From Eledone cirrhosa (lineage: Eukaryota): a DNA stretch of 64,000 nt. Below are positions 26,401-41,080 of the stretch, one piece after another. The number at the start of each line of letters is the position of its first letter. The stretch's first letter is position 1. Made by a program: the position numbers and the translations under genes. Where the stretch lies: contig OZ024745.1 in NCBI GenBank assembly GCA_964016885.1, forward strand, positions 6,634,001 to 6,698,000. The letters are read 5' to 3'. The notes beneath the pieces are model-generated. The model saw only the letters and a list, made by a program, of their open reading frames with translations, did no database searches and was not told where the DNA came from.

Positions 26401-29400
26401 TTGGTGACATGACACATTCATTCGGTCTCTATTGGTGGCATGACACATTCACTTTTTCTCTATTGGTGACATGACACATTCATTTGGTCTCTATTGGTGA
26501 CATGACACATTCATTTGGTCTCTATTGGTGACATGACACATTCATCTTGTCTCTATTGGTGACATGACACATTCACTTTGTCTCTATTGCTGACATGACA
26601 CATTCACTTTGTCTCTATTGCTGACATGACACATTCATCTTGTCTTTATTGGTGACATGACACATTCATTTTGTCTCTATTGGTGACATGACACATTCAT
26701 TTTGTCTCTATTGGTGATATGACACTTCACTTTGTATCTATTGCAGACATGACACATTCACTTTGTCTCTATTGCAGACATGACACATTCACTTTGTCTC
26801 TATTGGTGACATGACACATTCACTTTGTCTCTATTGGTGACATGACACATTCACTTGGTCTCTATTGGTGACATGACACATTCACTTTGTCTCTATTGCT
26901 GACATGACACATTCATCTTGTCTTTATTGGTGACATGACACATTCATTTTGTCTCAATTGGTGACATGACACATTCATTTTGTCTCTATTGGTGACATGA
27001 CACATTCACTTGGACTCTATTGGTGACATGACACATTCATTTGGTCTCTATTGGTGACATGACACATTCATTTGGTCTCTATTGGTGACATGACACATTC
27101 ATTTGGTCTCTATTGGTGACATGACACATTCACTTTGTCTCTATTGCTGACATGACACATTCATCTTGTCTTTATTGGTGACATGACACATTCATTTTGT
27201 CTCTATTGGTGACATGACACAGTCACTTTGTCTCTATTGGTGACATGACACGTTCATTTGTCTCTATTGGTGACATGACACATTCGTTTTGTCTCTATTG
27301 GTGACTGGACACATTCACTTGGTCTCTATTGGTGACATGACACATTCACTTTGTCTCTATTGGTGACATGACACTCACTTTGTCTCTATTGGTGACATGA
27401 CACATACACTTTGTCTCTACTGGTGACATGACACATTCATTTGGTCTCTATTGGTGACATGACACATTCATTTGGTCTCTATTGGTGACATGACACATTC
27501 ACTTTGTCTCTATTGGTGACGTGACACATTCATTTGGTCTCTATTGGTGACATGACACGTTCATTTGGTCTCTATTGGTGACGTGACACATTCATTTGGT
27601 CTCTATTGGTGACATGACACGTTCATCTGGTCTCTATTGGTGACATGACACATTCATTTGGTCTCTATTGAAGACATGACACATTCATTTTGTCTCTATT
27701 GGTGACATGACACATTCATTTGGTCTCTATTGGTGACATGACACATTCATCTTGTCTCTATTGGTGACATGACACATTCACTTGGTCTCTATTGCTGACA
27801 TGACACATTCACTTTGTCTCTATTGCTGACATGACACATTCATCTTGTCTTTATTGGTGACATGACACATTCATTTTGTCTCTATTGGTGACATGACACA
27901 TTCATTTTGTCTCTATTGGTGATATGACACTTCACTTTGTATCTATTGCAGACATGACACATTCACTTTGTCTCTATTGCAGACATGACACATTCACTTT
28001 GTCTCTATTGGTGACATGACACATTCACTTTGTCTCTATTGGTGACATGACACATTCACTTGGTCTCTATTGGTGACATGACACATTCACTTTGTCTCTA
28101 TTGCTGACATGACACATTCATCTTGTCTTTATTGGTGACATGACACATTCATTTTGTCTCTATTGGTGACATGACACATTCATTTTGTCTCTATTGGTGA
28201 CATGACACATTCACTTGGACTCTATTGGTGACATGACACATTCATTTGGTCTCTATTGGTGACATGACACATTCTTTTGGTCTCTATTGGTGACATGACA
28301 CATTCATTTGGTCTCTATTGGTGACATGACACATTCACTTTGTCTCTATTGCTGACATGACACATTCATCTTGTCTTTATTGGTGACATGACACATTCAT
28401 TTTGTCTCTATTGGTGACATGACACAGTCACTTTGTCTCTATTGGTGACATGACACGTTCATTTGTCTCTATTGGTGACATGACACATTCGTTTTGTCTC
28501 TATTGGTGACTGGACACATTCACTTGGTCTCTATTGGTGACATGACACATTCACTTTGTCTCTATTGGTGACATGACACTCACTTTGTCTCTATTGGTAA
28601 CATGACACATACACTTTGTCTCTACTGGTGACATGACACATTCATTTGGTCTCTATTGGTGACATGACACATTCATTTGGTCTCTATTGGTGACATGACA
28701 CATTCACTTTGTCTCTATTGGTGACGTGACACATTCATTTGGTCTCTATTGGTGACATGACACGTTCATTTGGTCTCTATTGGTGACGTGACACATTCAT
28801 TTGGTCTCTATTGGTGACATGACACGTTCATCTGGTCTCTATTGGTGACATGACACATTCATTTGGTCTCTATTGAAGACATGACACATTCATTTTGTCT
28901 CTATTGGTGACATGACACATTCACTTTGTCTCTATTGGTGACATGACACATTCACTTTGTCTCTATTGGGGACATGACTCATTCACTTTGTCTCTATTGG
29001 TGACATGACACATTCACTTTGTCTCTATTGGTGACATGACACATTCACTTTGTCTCTATTGGTGGCATGACACATTCATTTGGTCTCTATTGGTGACATG
29101 ACACATTCATTTGTCTCTATTGGTGACATGACACATTCATTTGGTCTCTATTGGTGACATGACACATTCACTTTGTCTCTATTGGTGACATGACACATTC
29201 ACTTTGTCTCTATTGGTGACATGACACATTCACTTTGTCTCTATTGGTGACATGACACATTCACTTGGTCTCTATTGGTGACATGACACATTCACTTTGT
29301 CTCTATTGGTGACATGACACATTCATTTGTCTCTATTGGTGACATGACACATTCATTTGGTCTCTATTGGTGACATGACACATTCACTTTGTCTCTATTG

Positions 29401-32400
29401 GTGACATGACACATTCACTTGGTCTCTATTGGTGACATGACACATTCATTTTGTGTCTATTAGTGACATGACACATTCATTTGGTCTCTATTGGTGACAT
29501 GACACATTCGTTTGGTCTCTATTGGTGACATGACACATTCATTTGGTCTCTATTAGTGACATGACACATTCACTTTGTCTCTATTGGTGACATGACACAT
29601 TCACTTTGTCTCTATTGGTGACATGACACATTCACTTGGTCTCTATTGGTGACATGACACATTCACTTTGTCTCTATTGGTGACATGACACATTCACTTT
29701 GTCTCTATTGGTGGCATGACACATTCATTTGGTCTCTATTGGTGACATGACACATTCATTTGTCTCTATTGGTGACATGACACATTCATTTGGTCTCTAT
29801 TGGTGACATGACACATTCACTTTGTCTCTATTGGTGACATGACACATTCACTTTGTCTCTATTGGTGACATGACACATTCATTTTGTGTCTTTTGGTGAC
29901 ATGACACATTCATTTTGTGTCTATTGGTGACATGACACATTCATTTGGTCTCTATTGGTGACATGACACATTCATTTTGTCTCTATTGGTGGCATGACAC
30001 ATTCACTTTGTCTCTATTGGTGACATGACACATTCACTTTGTCTCTATTGGTGACATGACACATTCACTTTGTCTCTATTGGTGACATGACACATTCATT
30101 TGGTCTCTATTAGTGACATGACACATTCACTTTGTCTCTATTGGTGACATGACACATTCACTTGGTCTCTATTGTTGACATGACACATTCATTTGGTCTC
30201 TATTGGTGACATGACACATTCATTTGGTCTCTATTGGTGACATGACACATTCACTTTGTCTCTATTGGTGGCATGACACATTCACTTTGTCTCTATTGGT
30301 GACATGACACATTCATTTTGTGTCTTTTGGTGACATGACACATTCATTTTGTGTCTATTGGTGACATGACACATTCATTTGGTCTCTATTGGTGACATGA
30401 CACATTCATTCGGTCTCTATTGGTGGCATGACACATTCACTTTTTCTCTATTGGTGACATGACACATTCATTTGGTCTCTATTGGTGACATGACACATTC
30501 ATTTGGTCTCTATTGGTGACATGACACATTCATCTTGTCTCTATTGGTGACATGACACATTCACTTGGTCTCTATTGCTGACATGACACATTCACTTTGT
30601 CTCTATTGCTGACATGACACATTCATCTTGTCTTTATTGGTGACATGACACATTCATTTTGTCTCTATTGGTGACATGACACATTCATTTTGTCTCTATT
30701 GGTGATATGACACTTCACTTTGTATCTATTGCAGACATGACACATTCACTTTGTCTCTATTGCAGACATGACACATTCACTTTGTCTCTATTGGTGACAT
30801 GACACATTCACTTTGTCTCTATTGGTGACATGACACATTCACTTGGTCTCTATTGGTGACATGACACATTCACTTTGTCTCTATTGCTGACATGACACAT
30901 TCATCTTGTCTTTATTGGTGACATGACACATTCATTTTGTCTCTATTGGTGACATGACACATTCATTTTGTCTCTATTGGTGACATGACACATTCACTTG
31001 GACTCTATTGGTGACATGACACATTCATTTGGTCTCTATTGGTGACATGACACATTCATTTGGTCTCTATTGGTGACATGACACATTCATTTGGTCTCTA
31101 TTGGTGACATGACACATTCACTTTGTCTCTATTGCTGACATGACACATTCATCTTGTCTTTATTGGTGACATGACACATTCATTTTGTCTCTATTGGTGA
31201 CATGACACAGTCACTTTGTCTCTATTGGTGACATGACACGTTCATTTGTCTCTATTGGTGACATGACACATTCGTTTTGTCTCTATTGGTGACTGGACAC
31301 ATTCACTTGGTCTCTATTGGTGACATGACACATTCACTTTGTCTCTATTGGTGACATGACACTCACTTTGTCTCTATTGGTGACATGACACATACACTTT
31401 GTCTCTACTGGTGACATGACACATTCATTTGGTCTCTATTGGTGACATGACACATTCATTTGGTCTCTATTGGTGACATGACACATTCACTTTGTCTCTA
31501 TTGGTGACGTGACACATTCATTTGGTCTCTATTGGTGACATGACACGTTCATTTGGTCTCTATTGGTGACGTGACACATTCATTTGGTCTCTATTGGTGA
31601 CATGACACGTTCATCTGGTCTCTATTGGTGACATGACACATTCATTTGGTCTCTATTGAAGACATGACACATTCATTTTGTCTCTATTGGTGACATGACA
31701 CATTCACTTTGTCTCTATTGGTGACATGACACATTCACTTTGTCTCTATTGGTGACATGACTCATTCACTTTGTCTCTATTGGTGACATGACACATTCAC
31801 TTTGTCTCTATTGGTGACATGACACATTCACTTTGTCTCTATTGGTGGCATGACACATTCATTTGGTCTCTATTGGTGACATGACACATTCATTTGTCTC
31901 TATTGGTGACATGACACATTCATTTGGACTCTATTGGTGACATGACACATTCACTTTGTCTCTATTGGTGACATGACACATTCACTTTGTCTCTATTGGT
32001 GACATGACACATTCACTTTGTCTCTATTGGTGACATGACACATTCACTTGGTCTCTATTGGTGACATGACACATTCACTTTGTCTCTATTGGTGACATGA
32101 CACATTCATTTGTCTCTATTGGTGACATGACACATTCATTTGGTCTCTATTGGTGACATGACACATTCACTTTGTCTCTATTGGTGACATGACACATTCA
32201 CTTGGTCTCTATTGGTGACATGACACATTCATTTTGTGTCTATTAGTGACATGACACATTCATTTGGTCTCTATTGGTGACATGACACATTCGTTTGGTC
32301 TCTATTGGTGACATGACACATTCATTTGGTCTCTATTAGTGACATGACACATTCACTTTGTCTCTATTGGTGACATGACACATTCACTTGGTCTCTATTG

Positions 32401-32850
32401 GTGACATGACACATTTACTTTGTCTCTATTGGTGACATGACACATTCACTTTGTCTCTATTGGTGGCATGACACATTCACTTGGTCTCTATTGGTGACAT
32501 GACACATTCATTTGTCTCTATTGGTGACATGACACATTCATTTGGTCTCTATTGGTGACATGACACATTCACTTTGTCTCTACTGGTGACATGACACATT
32601 CACTTTGTCTCTATTGGTGACATGACACATTCATTTTGTGTCTTTTGGTGACATGACACATTCATTTTGTGTCTATTGGTGACATGACACATTCATTTGG
32701 TCTCTATTGGTGACATGACACATTCATTTTGTCTCTATTGGTGGCATGACACATTCACTTTGTCTCTATTGGTGACATGACACATTCACTTTGTCTCTAT
32801 TGGTGACATGACACATTCACTTTGTCTCTATTGGTGACATGACACATTCA
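20450..32850 (+). repeat. Higher-order repeat domain, unit 2783 bp (90 monomers minus 7 nt)
   Basis: GACTGGAC at 21644, 24427, 27303, 28508, 31291; GAAGAC at 22011, 24794, 24887, 27670, 28875, 31658; GCAGAC at 21084, 23867, 26743, 27948, 30731. Spacings are 2783, 2876 (2783+93), 1205 and 2783. Confidence 0.88.
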
Positions 32851-35800
32851 CTTTTTCTCTATTGGTGACATCACACATTCATTTGGTCTCTATTGGTGAC
32901 ATGACACATTCATTTGGTCTCTATTGGTGACATGACACATTCATTTGGTCTCTATTGGTGACATGACACATTTATTTGGTCTTTATTGGTGACATGACAC
33001 CTTCATTTGGTCACTATTGGTGACATGACACCTTCATTTGGTCTCTATCGGTGACGTGACACATTCATTTGGTCTCTATTGGTGACGTGACACATTCATT
33101 TTGTCTCTATTGGTGACATGACACATTCACTTTGTCTCTATTGGTAACATGACACATTCACTTTGTCTCTATTGGTAACATGACACATTCACTTTGTCTC
33201 TATTGCTGACATGACACATTCACATTGTCTCTATTGGTAACATGACACATTCACTTTGTCTCTATTGGTGACATGTCACATTCACTTTGTCTCTATTGGT
33301 GACATGACACATTTATCTGGTCTCTATTGGTGACATGACATATTCATTTGTTCTCTATTGGTGACATGACACATTCACTTTGTCTCTATTGGTGACATGA
33401 CACATTCATTTTATCTCTATTGGTTGCATGACACATTCATTTTGTCTCTATTGGTGGCATGACACATTCACTTTGTCTCTATTGGTGATTTGACACATTC
33501 ATTTTGTCTCTATTGGTGAGATGACACATTCACTTTGTCTCTATTGGTGACATGACAGATTCACTTTTTCTCTATTGGTGACATGACACATTCACTTGGT
33601 CTCTATTGGTGAGATGACACATTCACTTTGTCTCTATTGGTGACATGACACATTCACTTTGTCTCTATTGGTGGCATGACACATTCATTTGGTCTCTATT
33701 GGTGACATGACACATTCATTTGTCTCTATTGGTGACATGACACATTCATTTGGTCTCTATTGGTGACATGACACATTCATTTTGTGTCTATTGGTGACAT
33801 GACACATTCATTTGGTCTCTACTGGTGACATGACACATTCATTTTGTGTCTTTTGGTGACATGACACATTCACTTTGTCTCTATGGTGACATGACACATT
33901 CACTTTGTCTCTATTGGTGACATGACACATTCATTTTGTGTCTTTTGGTGACATGACACATTCATTTTGTGTCTATTGGTGACATGACACATTTATTTGG
34001 TCTCTATTGGTGACATGACACATTCATTTGGTCTCTATTGGTGGCATGACACATTCACTTTGTCTCTATTGGTGACATGACACATTCATTTGGTCTCTAT
34101 TGGTGACATGACACATTCATTTGGTCTCTATTGGTGACATGACACATTCACCTTGTCTCTATTGGTGACATGACACATTCACTTGGTCTCTATTGCTGAC
34201 ATGACACATTCACTTTGTCTCTATTGCTGACATGACACATTCATCTTGTCTTTATTGGTGACATGACACATTCATTTTGTCTCTATTGGTGACATGACAC
34301 ATTCATTTTGTCTCTATTGGTGACATGACACATTCACTTTGTATCTATTGCAGACATGACACATTCACTTTGTCTCTATTGCAGACATGACACATTCACT
34401 TTGTCTCTATTGGTGACATGACACATTCACTTTGTCTCTATTGGTGACATGACACATTCACTTGGTCTCTATTGGTGACATGACACATTCACTTTGTCTC
34501 TATTGCTGACATGACACATTCATCTTGTCTTTATTGGTGACATGACACATTCATTTTGTCTCTATTGGTGACATGACACATTCATTTTGTCTCTATTGGT
34601 GACATGACACATTCACTTGGACTCTACTGGTGACATGACACATTCACTTTGTCTCTATTGGTGGCATGACACATTCATTTGGTCTCTATTGGTGACATGA
34701 CACATTCATTTGTCTCTATTGGTGACATGACACATTCATTTGGACTCTATTGGTGACATGACACATTCACTTTGTCTCTATTGGTGACATGACACATTCA
34801 CTTTGTCTCTATTGGTGACATGACACATTCACTTTGTCTCTATTGGTGACATGAAACATTCATTTTGTGTCTATTAGTGACATGACACATTCATTTGGTC
34901 TCTATTGGTGACATGACACATTCATTTGGTCTCTATTAGTGACATGACACATTCATTTGGTCTCTATTAGTGACATGACACATTCACTTTGTCTCTATTG
35001 GTGACATGACACATTCACTTTGTCTCTATTGGTGACATGACACATTCACTTGGTCTCTATTGGTGACATGACACATTCACTTTGTCTCTATTGGTGACAT
35101 GACACATTCATTTGTCTCTATTGGTGACATGACACATTCATTTGGTCTCTATTGGTGACATGACACATTCACTTGGTCTCTATTGGTGACATGACACATT
35201 CATTTTGTGTCTATTAGTGACATGACACATTCATTTGGTCTCTATTGGTGACATGACACATTCGTTTGGTCTCTATTGGTGACATGACACATTCACTTTG
35301 TCTCTATTGGTGACATGACACGTTCATTTGTCTCTATTGGTGACATGACACATTCACTTTGTCTCTATTTGTGACATGACACACTCACTTTGTCTCTATA
35401 TGTGACATGACACATTCACTTTGTCTCTATTGGTGACATGACACATTCATTTGGTCTCTATTGGTGACATGCCACATTCATTTGGTCTCTATTGGTGACA
35501 TGCCACATTCATTTGGTCTCTATTGGTGACATGCCACGTTCACTTTGTCTCTATTGGTGACATGCCACATTCACTTTGTCTCTATTGGTGACATAACACA
35601 TTCACTTTGTCTCTATTGGTGACATGACACATTCACTCTGTCTCTATTAGTGACATGACACATTCACATTGTCTCTATTGGTGACATGACACATTCACTT
35701 TGTCTCTATTGGTGACATGACAAATTCACTTTGTCTCTATTAGTGACGTGACACATTCACTTTGTCTCTATTGGTGACATGACACATTCACATTGTCTCT

Positions 35801-36989
35801 ATTGGTGACATGACACATTCACTTTGTCTCTATTTGTGACAGGACACATTCATTTGGTCTCTATTGGTGACATGACACATTCACTTTGTCTCTATTGCTG
35901 ACATGACACATTCATTTTGTGTCTATTTGTGACATGACACATTCATCTGGTCTCTATTGGTGACATGACACATTCATTTGTTCTCTATTGGTGACATGAC
36001 ACATTCACTTTGTCTCTATTGGTGACATGACACATTCATTTTATCTCTATTGGTTGCATGACACATTCATTTTGTCTCTATTGGTGGCATGACACATTCA
36101 CTTTGTCTCTATTGGTGACATGACACATTCATTTTGTCTCTATTGGTGACATGACACATTCACTTTGTCTCTATTGGTGACATGACAGATTCACTTTTTC
36201 TCTATTGGTGACATGACACATTCACTTGGTCTCTATTGGTGAGATGACACATTCACTTTGTCTCTATTGGTGACATGACACATTCACTTTGTCTCTATTG
36301 GTGGCATGACACATTCATTTGGTCTCTATTGGTGACATGACACATTCATTTGTCTCTATTGGTGACATGACACATTTATTTGGTCTCTATTGGTGACATG
36401 ACACATTCACTTTGTCTCTATTGGTGACATGACACATTCATTTTGTGTCTTTTGGTGACATGACACATTCATTTTTTGTCTATTGGTGACATGACACATT
36501 CATTTGGTCTCTATTGGTGACATGACACATTCATTTTGTGTCTTTTGGTGACATGACACATTCATTTTGTGTCTATTGGTGACATGACACATTCATTTGG
36601 TCTCTATTGGTGACATGACACATTCATTTGGTCTCTATTGGTGACATGACACATTCACTTTGTCTCTATTGGTGACGTGACACATTCACTTTGTCTCTAT
36701 TGGTGACATGACACGTTCATTTTGTCTCTATTGGTGACATGACACATTCACTTTGTCTCTATTGGTGACATGACACATTCACTTTGTCTCTATTGGTGAC
36801 ATGACACGTTCATTTGTCTCTATTCGTGACATGACACATTCACTTTGTCTCTATTGATGACATGACACACTCACTTTGTCTCTATATGTGACATGACACA
36901 TTCACTTTGTCTCTATTGGTGACATGACACATTCATTTGGTCTCTATTGGTGACATGCCACATTCATTTGGTCTCTATTGGTGACATGC

Positions 36990-39900
36990 CACATTCATTT
37001 GGTCTCTATTGGTGACATGCCACGTTCACTTTGTCTCTATTGATGACATGCCACATTCACTTTGTCTCTATTGGTGACATAACACATTCACTTTGTCTCT
37101 ATTGGTGACATGACACATTCACTTTGTCTCTATTAGTGACGTGACACATTCACTTTGTCTCTATTAGTGACATGACACATTCACATTGTCTCTATTGGTG
37201 ACATGACACATTCACTTTGTCTCTATTGGTGACATGACACATTCACTTTGTCTCTATTAGTGACGTGACACATTCACTTTGTCTCTATTGGTGACATGAC
37301 ACATTCACATTGTCTCTATTGGTGACATGACACATTCACTTTGTCTCTATTGGTGACAGGACACATTCATTTGGTCTCTATTGGTGACATGACACATTCA
37401 CTTTGTCTCTATTGCTGACATGACACATTCACTTTGTCTCTATTGGTGACATGACACATTCACTTTGTCTCTATTGGTGACATGACACATTCATTTTGTG
37501 TCTATTAGTGACATGACACATTCATTTGGTCTCTATTGGTGACATGACACATTCACTTTGTCTCTATTGGTGACATGACACATTCACTTTGTCTCTATTG
37601 GTGACATGACACATTCATTTTGTGTCTTTTGGTGACATGACACATTCATTTTGTGTCTATTGGTGACATGACACATTCATTTGGTCTCTATTGGTGACAT
37701 GACACATTCCTTTGGTCTCTATTGGTGACATGACACATTCACTTTGTCTCTATTGGTGACGTGACACATTCACTTTGTCTCTATTGGTGACATGACACAT
37801 TCACTCTGTCTCTATTGGTGACATGACACATTCACTCTGTCTCTATTGGTGACATGACACATTCATTTTGTCTCTATTGGTGGCATGACACATTCACTTT
37901 GTCTCTATTGGTGACATGACACATTCACTTTGTCTCTATTGGTGACATGACACATTCACTTTGTCTCTATTGGTGACATGACACATTCACTTGGTCTCTA
38001 TTGCTGACATGACACGTTCATTTTGTCTCTATTGGTGACATGACACATTCACTTAGTCTCTATTGGTGACATGACACATTCACTTTGTCTCTATTGGTGA
38101 CATGACACATTCACTTTGTCTCTATTGGTTACATGACACATTCACTTTGTCTCTATTGGTGACATGACACATTCATTTGGTCTCTATTGGTGACATGACA
38201 CATTCATTTGGGCTCAATTGGTGACATGACACATTCATTTGGTCTTTATTGGTGACATGACACCTTCATTTGGTCTCTATTGGTGACGTGACACATTCAT
38301 TTGGTCTCTATTGGTGACGTGTCACATTCCTTTGGTCTCTATTGGTGACGTGACACATTCATTTTGTCTCTATTGGTGACATGACACATTCACTTTGTCT
38401 CTATTGGTGACATGACACAGTCACTTTGTCTCTATTGGTGACATGACACATTCACTTTGTCTGTATTGGTAACATGACACATTCACTTTGTCTCTATTGG
38501 TAACATGACACATTCACTTTGTCTCTATTGGTGACATGACACATTCACTTTGTCTCTATTGGTGACATGACACATTCATCTGGTCTCTATTGGTGACATG
38601 ACACATTCATTTGTTCTCTATTGGTGACATGACACGTTCACTTTGTCTCTATTGGTGACATGACACATTCATTTTATCTCTATTGGTTGCATGACACATT
38701 CATTTTGTCTCTATTGGTGGCATGACACATTCATTTGGTCTCTATTGGTGAGATGACACATTCATTTGGTCTCTATTGGTGACATGACACATTCACTTTG
38801 TCTCTATTGGTGACATGACACATTCACTTTGTCTCTATTGGTGACATGACACATTCATTTTGTGTCTTTTGGTGACATGACACATTCATTTTGTGTCTAT
38901 TGGTGACATGACACATTCATTTGGTCTCTATTGGTGACATGACACATTCATTTTGTGTCTTTTGGTGACATGACACATTCATTTTGTGTCTATTGGTGAC
39001 ATGACACATTCATTTGGTCTCTATTGGTGACATGCCACATTCATTTGGTCTCTATTGGTGACATGCCACGTTCACTTTGTCTCTATTGATGACATGCCAC
39101 ATTCACTTTGTCTCTATTGGTGACATAACACATTCACTTTGTCTCTATTGGTGACATGACACATTCACTTTGTCTCTATTAGTGACGTGACACATTCACT
39201 TTGTCTCTATTAGTGACATGACACATTCACATTGTCTCTATTGGTGACATGACACATTCACTTTGTCTCTATTGGTGACATGACACATTCACTTTGTCTC
39301 TATTAGTGACGTGACACATTCACTTTGTCTCTATTGGTGACATGACACATTCACATTGTCTCTATTGGTGACATGACACATTCACTTTGTCTCTATTGGT
39401 GACAGGACACATTCATTTGGTCTCTATTGGTGACATGACACATTCACTTTGTCTCTATTGCTGACATGACACATTCACTTTGTCTCTATTGGTGACATGA
39501 CACATTCACTTTGTCTCTATTGGTGACATGACACATTCATTTTGTGTCTATTAGTGACATGACACATTCATTTGGTCTCTATTGGTGACATGACACATTC
39601 ACTTTGTCTCTATTGGTGACATGACACATTCACTTTGTCTCTATTGGTGACATGACACATTCATTTTGTGTCTTTTGGTGACATGACACATTCATTTTGT
39701 GTCTATTGGTGACATGACACATTCATTTGGTCTCTATTGGTGACATGACACATTCCTTTGGTCTCTATTGGTGACATGACACATTCACTTTGTCTCTATT
39801 GGTGACGTGACACATTCACTTTGTCTCTATTGGTGACATGACACATTCACTCTGTCTCTATTGGTGACATGACACATTCACTCTGTCTCTATTGGTGACA

Positions 39901-41080
39901 TGACACATTCATTTTGTCTCTATTGGTGGCATGACACATTCACTTTGTCTCTATTGGTGACATGACACATTCACTTTGTCTCTATTGGTGACATGACACA
40001 TTCACTTTGTCTCTATTGGTGACATGACACATTCACTTGGTCTCTATTGCTGACATGACACGTTCATTTTGTCTCTATTGGTGACATGACACATTCACTT
40101 AGTCTCTATTGGTGACATGACACATTCACTTTGTCTCTATTGGTGACATGACACATTCACTTTGTCTCTATTGGTTACATGACACATTCACTTTGTCTCT
40201 ATTGGTGACATGACACATTCATTTGGTCTCTATTGGTGACATGACACATTCATTTGGGCTCAATTGGTGACATGACACATTCATTTGGTCTTTATTGGTG
40301 ACATGACACCTTCATTTGGTCTCTATTGGTGACGTGACACATTCATTTGGTCTCTATTGGTGACGTGTCACATTCCTTTGGTCTCTATTGGTGACGTGAC
40401 ACATTCATTTTGTCTCTATTGGTGACATGACACATTCACTTTGTCTCTATTGGTGACATGACACAGTCACTTTGTCTCTATTGGTGACATGACACATTCA
40501 CTTTGTCTGTATTGGTAACATGACACATTCACTTTGTCTCTATTGGTAACATGACACAGTCACTTTGTCTCTATTGGTGACATGACACATTCACTTTGTC
40601 TCTATTGGTGACATGACACATTCATCTGGTCTCTATTGGTGACATGACACATTCATTTGTTCTCTATTGGTGACATGACACGTTCACTTTGTCTCTATTG
40701 GTGACATGACACATTCATTTTATCTCTATTGGTTGCATGACACATTCATTTTGTCTCTATTGGTGGCATGACACATTCATTTGGTCTCTATTGGTGAGAT
40801 GACACATTCATTTGGTCTCTATTGGTGACATGACACATTCACTTTGTCTCTATTGGTGACATGACACATTCACTTTGTCTCTATTGGTGACATGACACAT
40901 TCATTTTGTGTCTTTTGGTGACATGACACATTCATTTTGTGTCTATTGGTGACATGACACATTCATTTGGTCTCTATTGGTGACATGACACATTCATTTT
41001 GTGTCTTTTGGTGACATGACACATTCATTTTGTGTCTATTGGTGACAAGACACATTCATTTGGTCTCTATTGGTGACATG
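36990..41080 (+). repeat. Tandem duplication within the satellite, period 2046 bp (66 monomers)
   Basis: GGCTCAATTG 38211/40257, CTGTATTGGTAAC 38461/40507 and TGGTTGCATG 38684/40730 are all offset by 2046 = 66x31. Confidence 0.85.
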
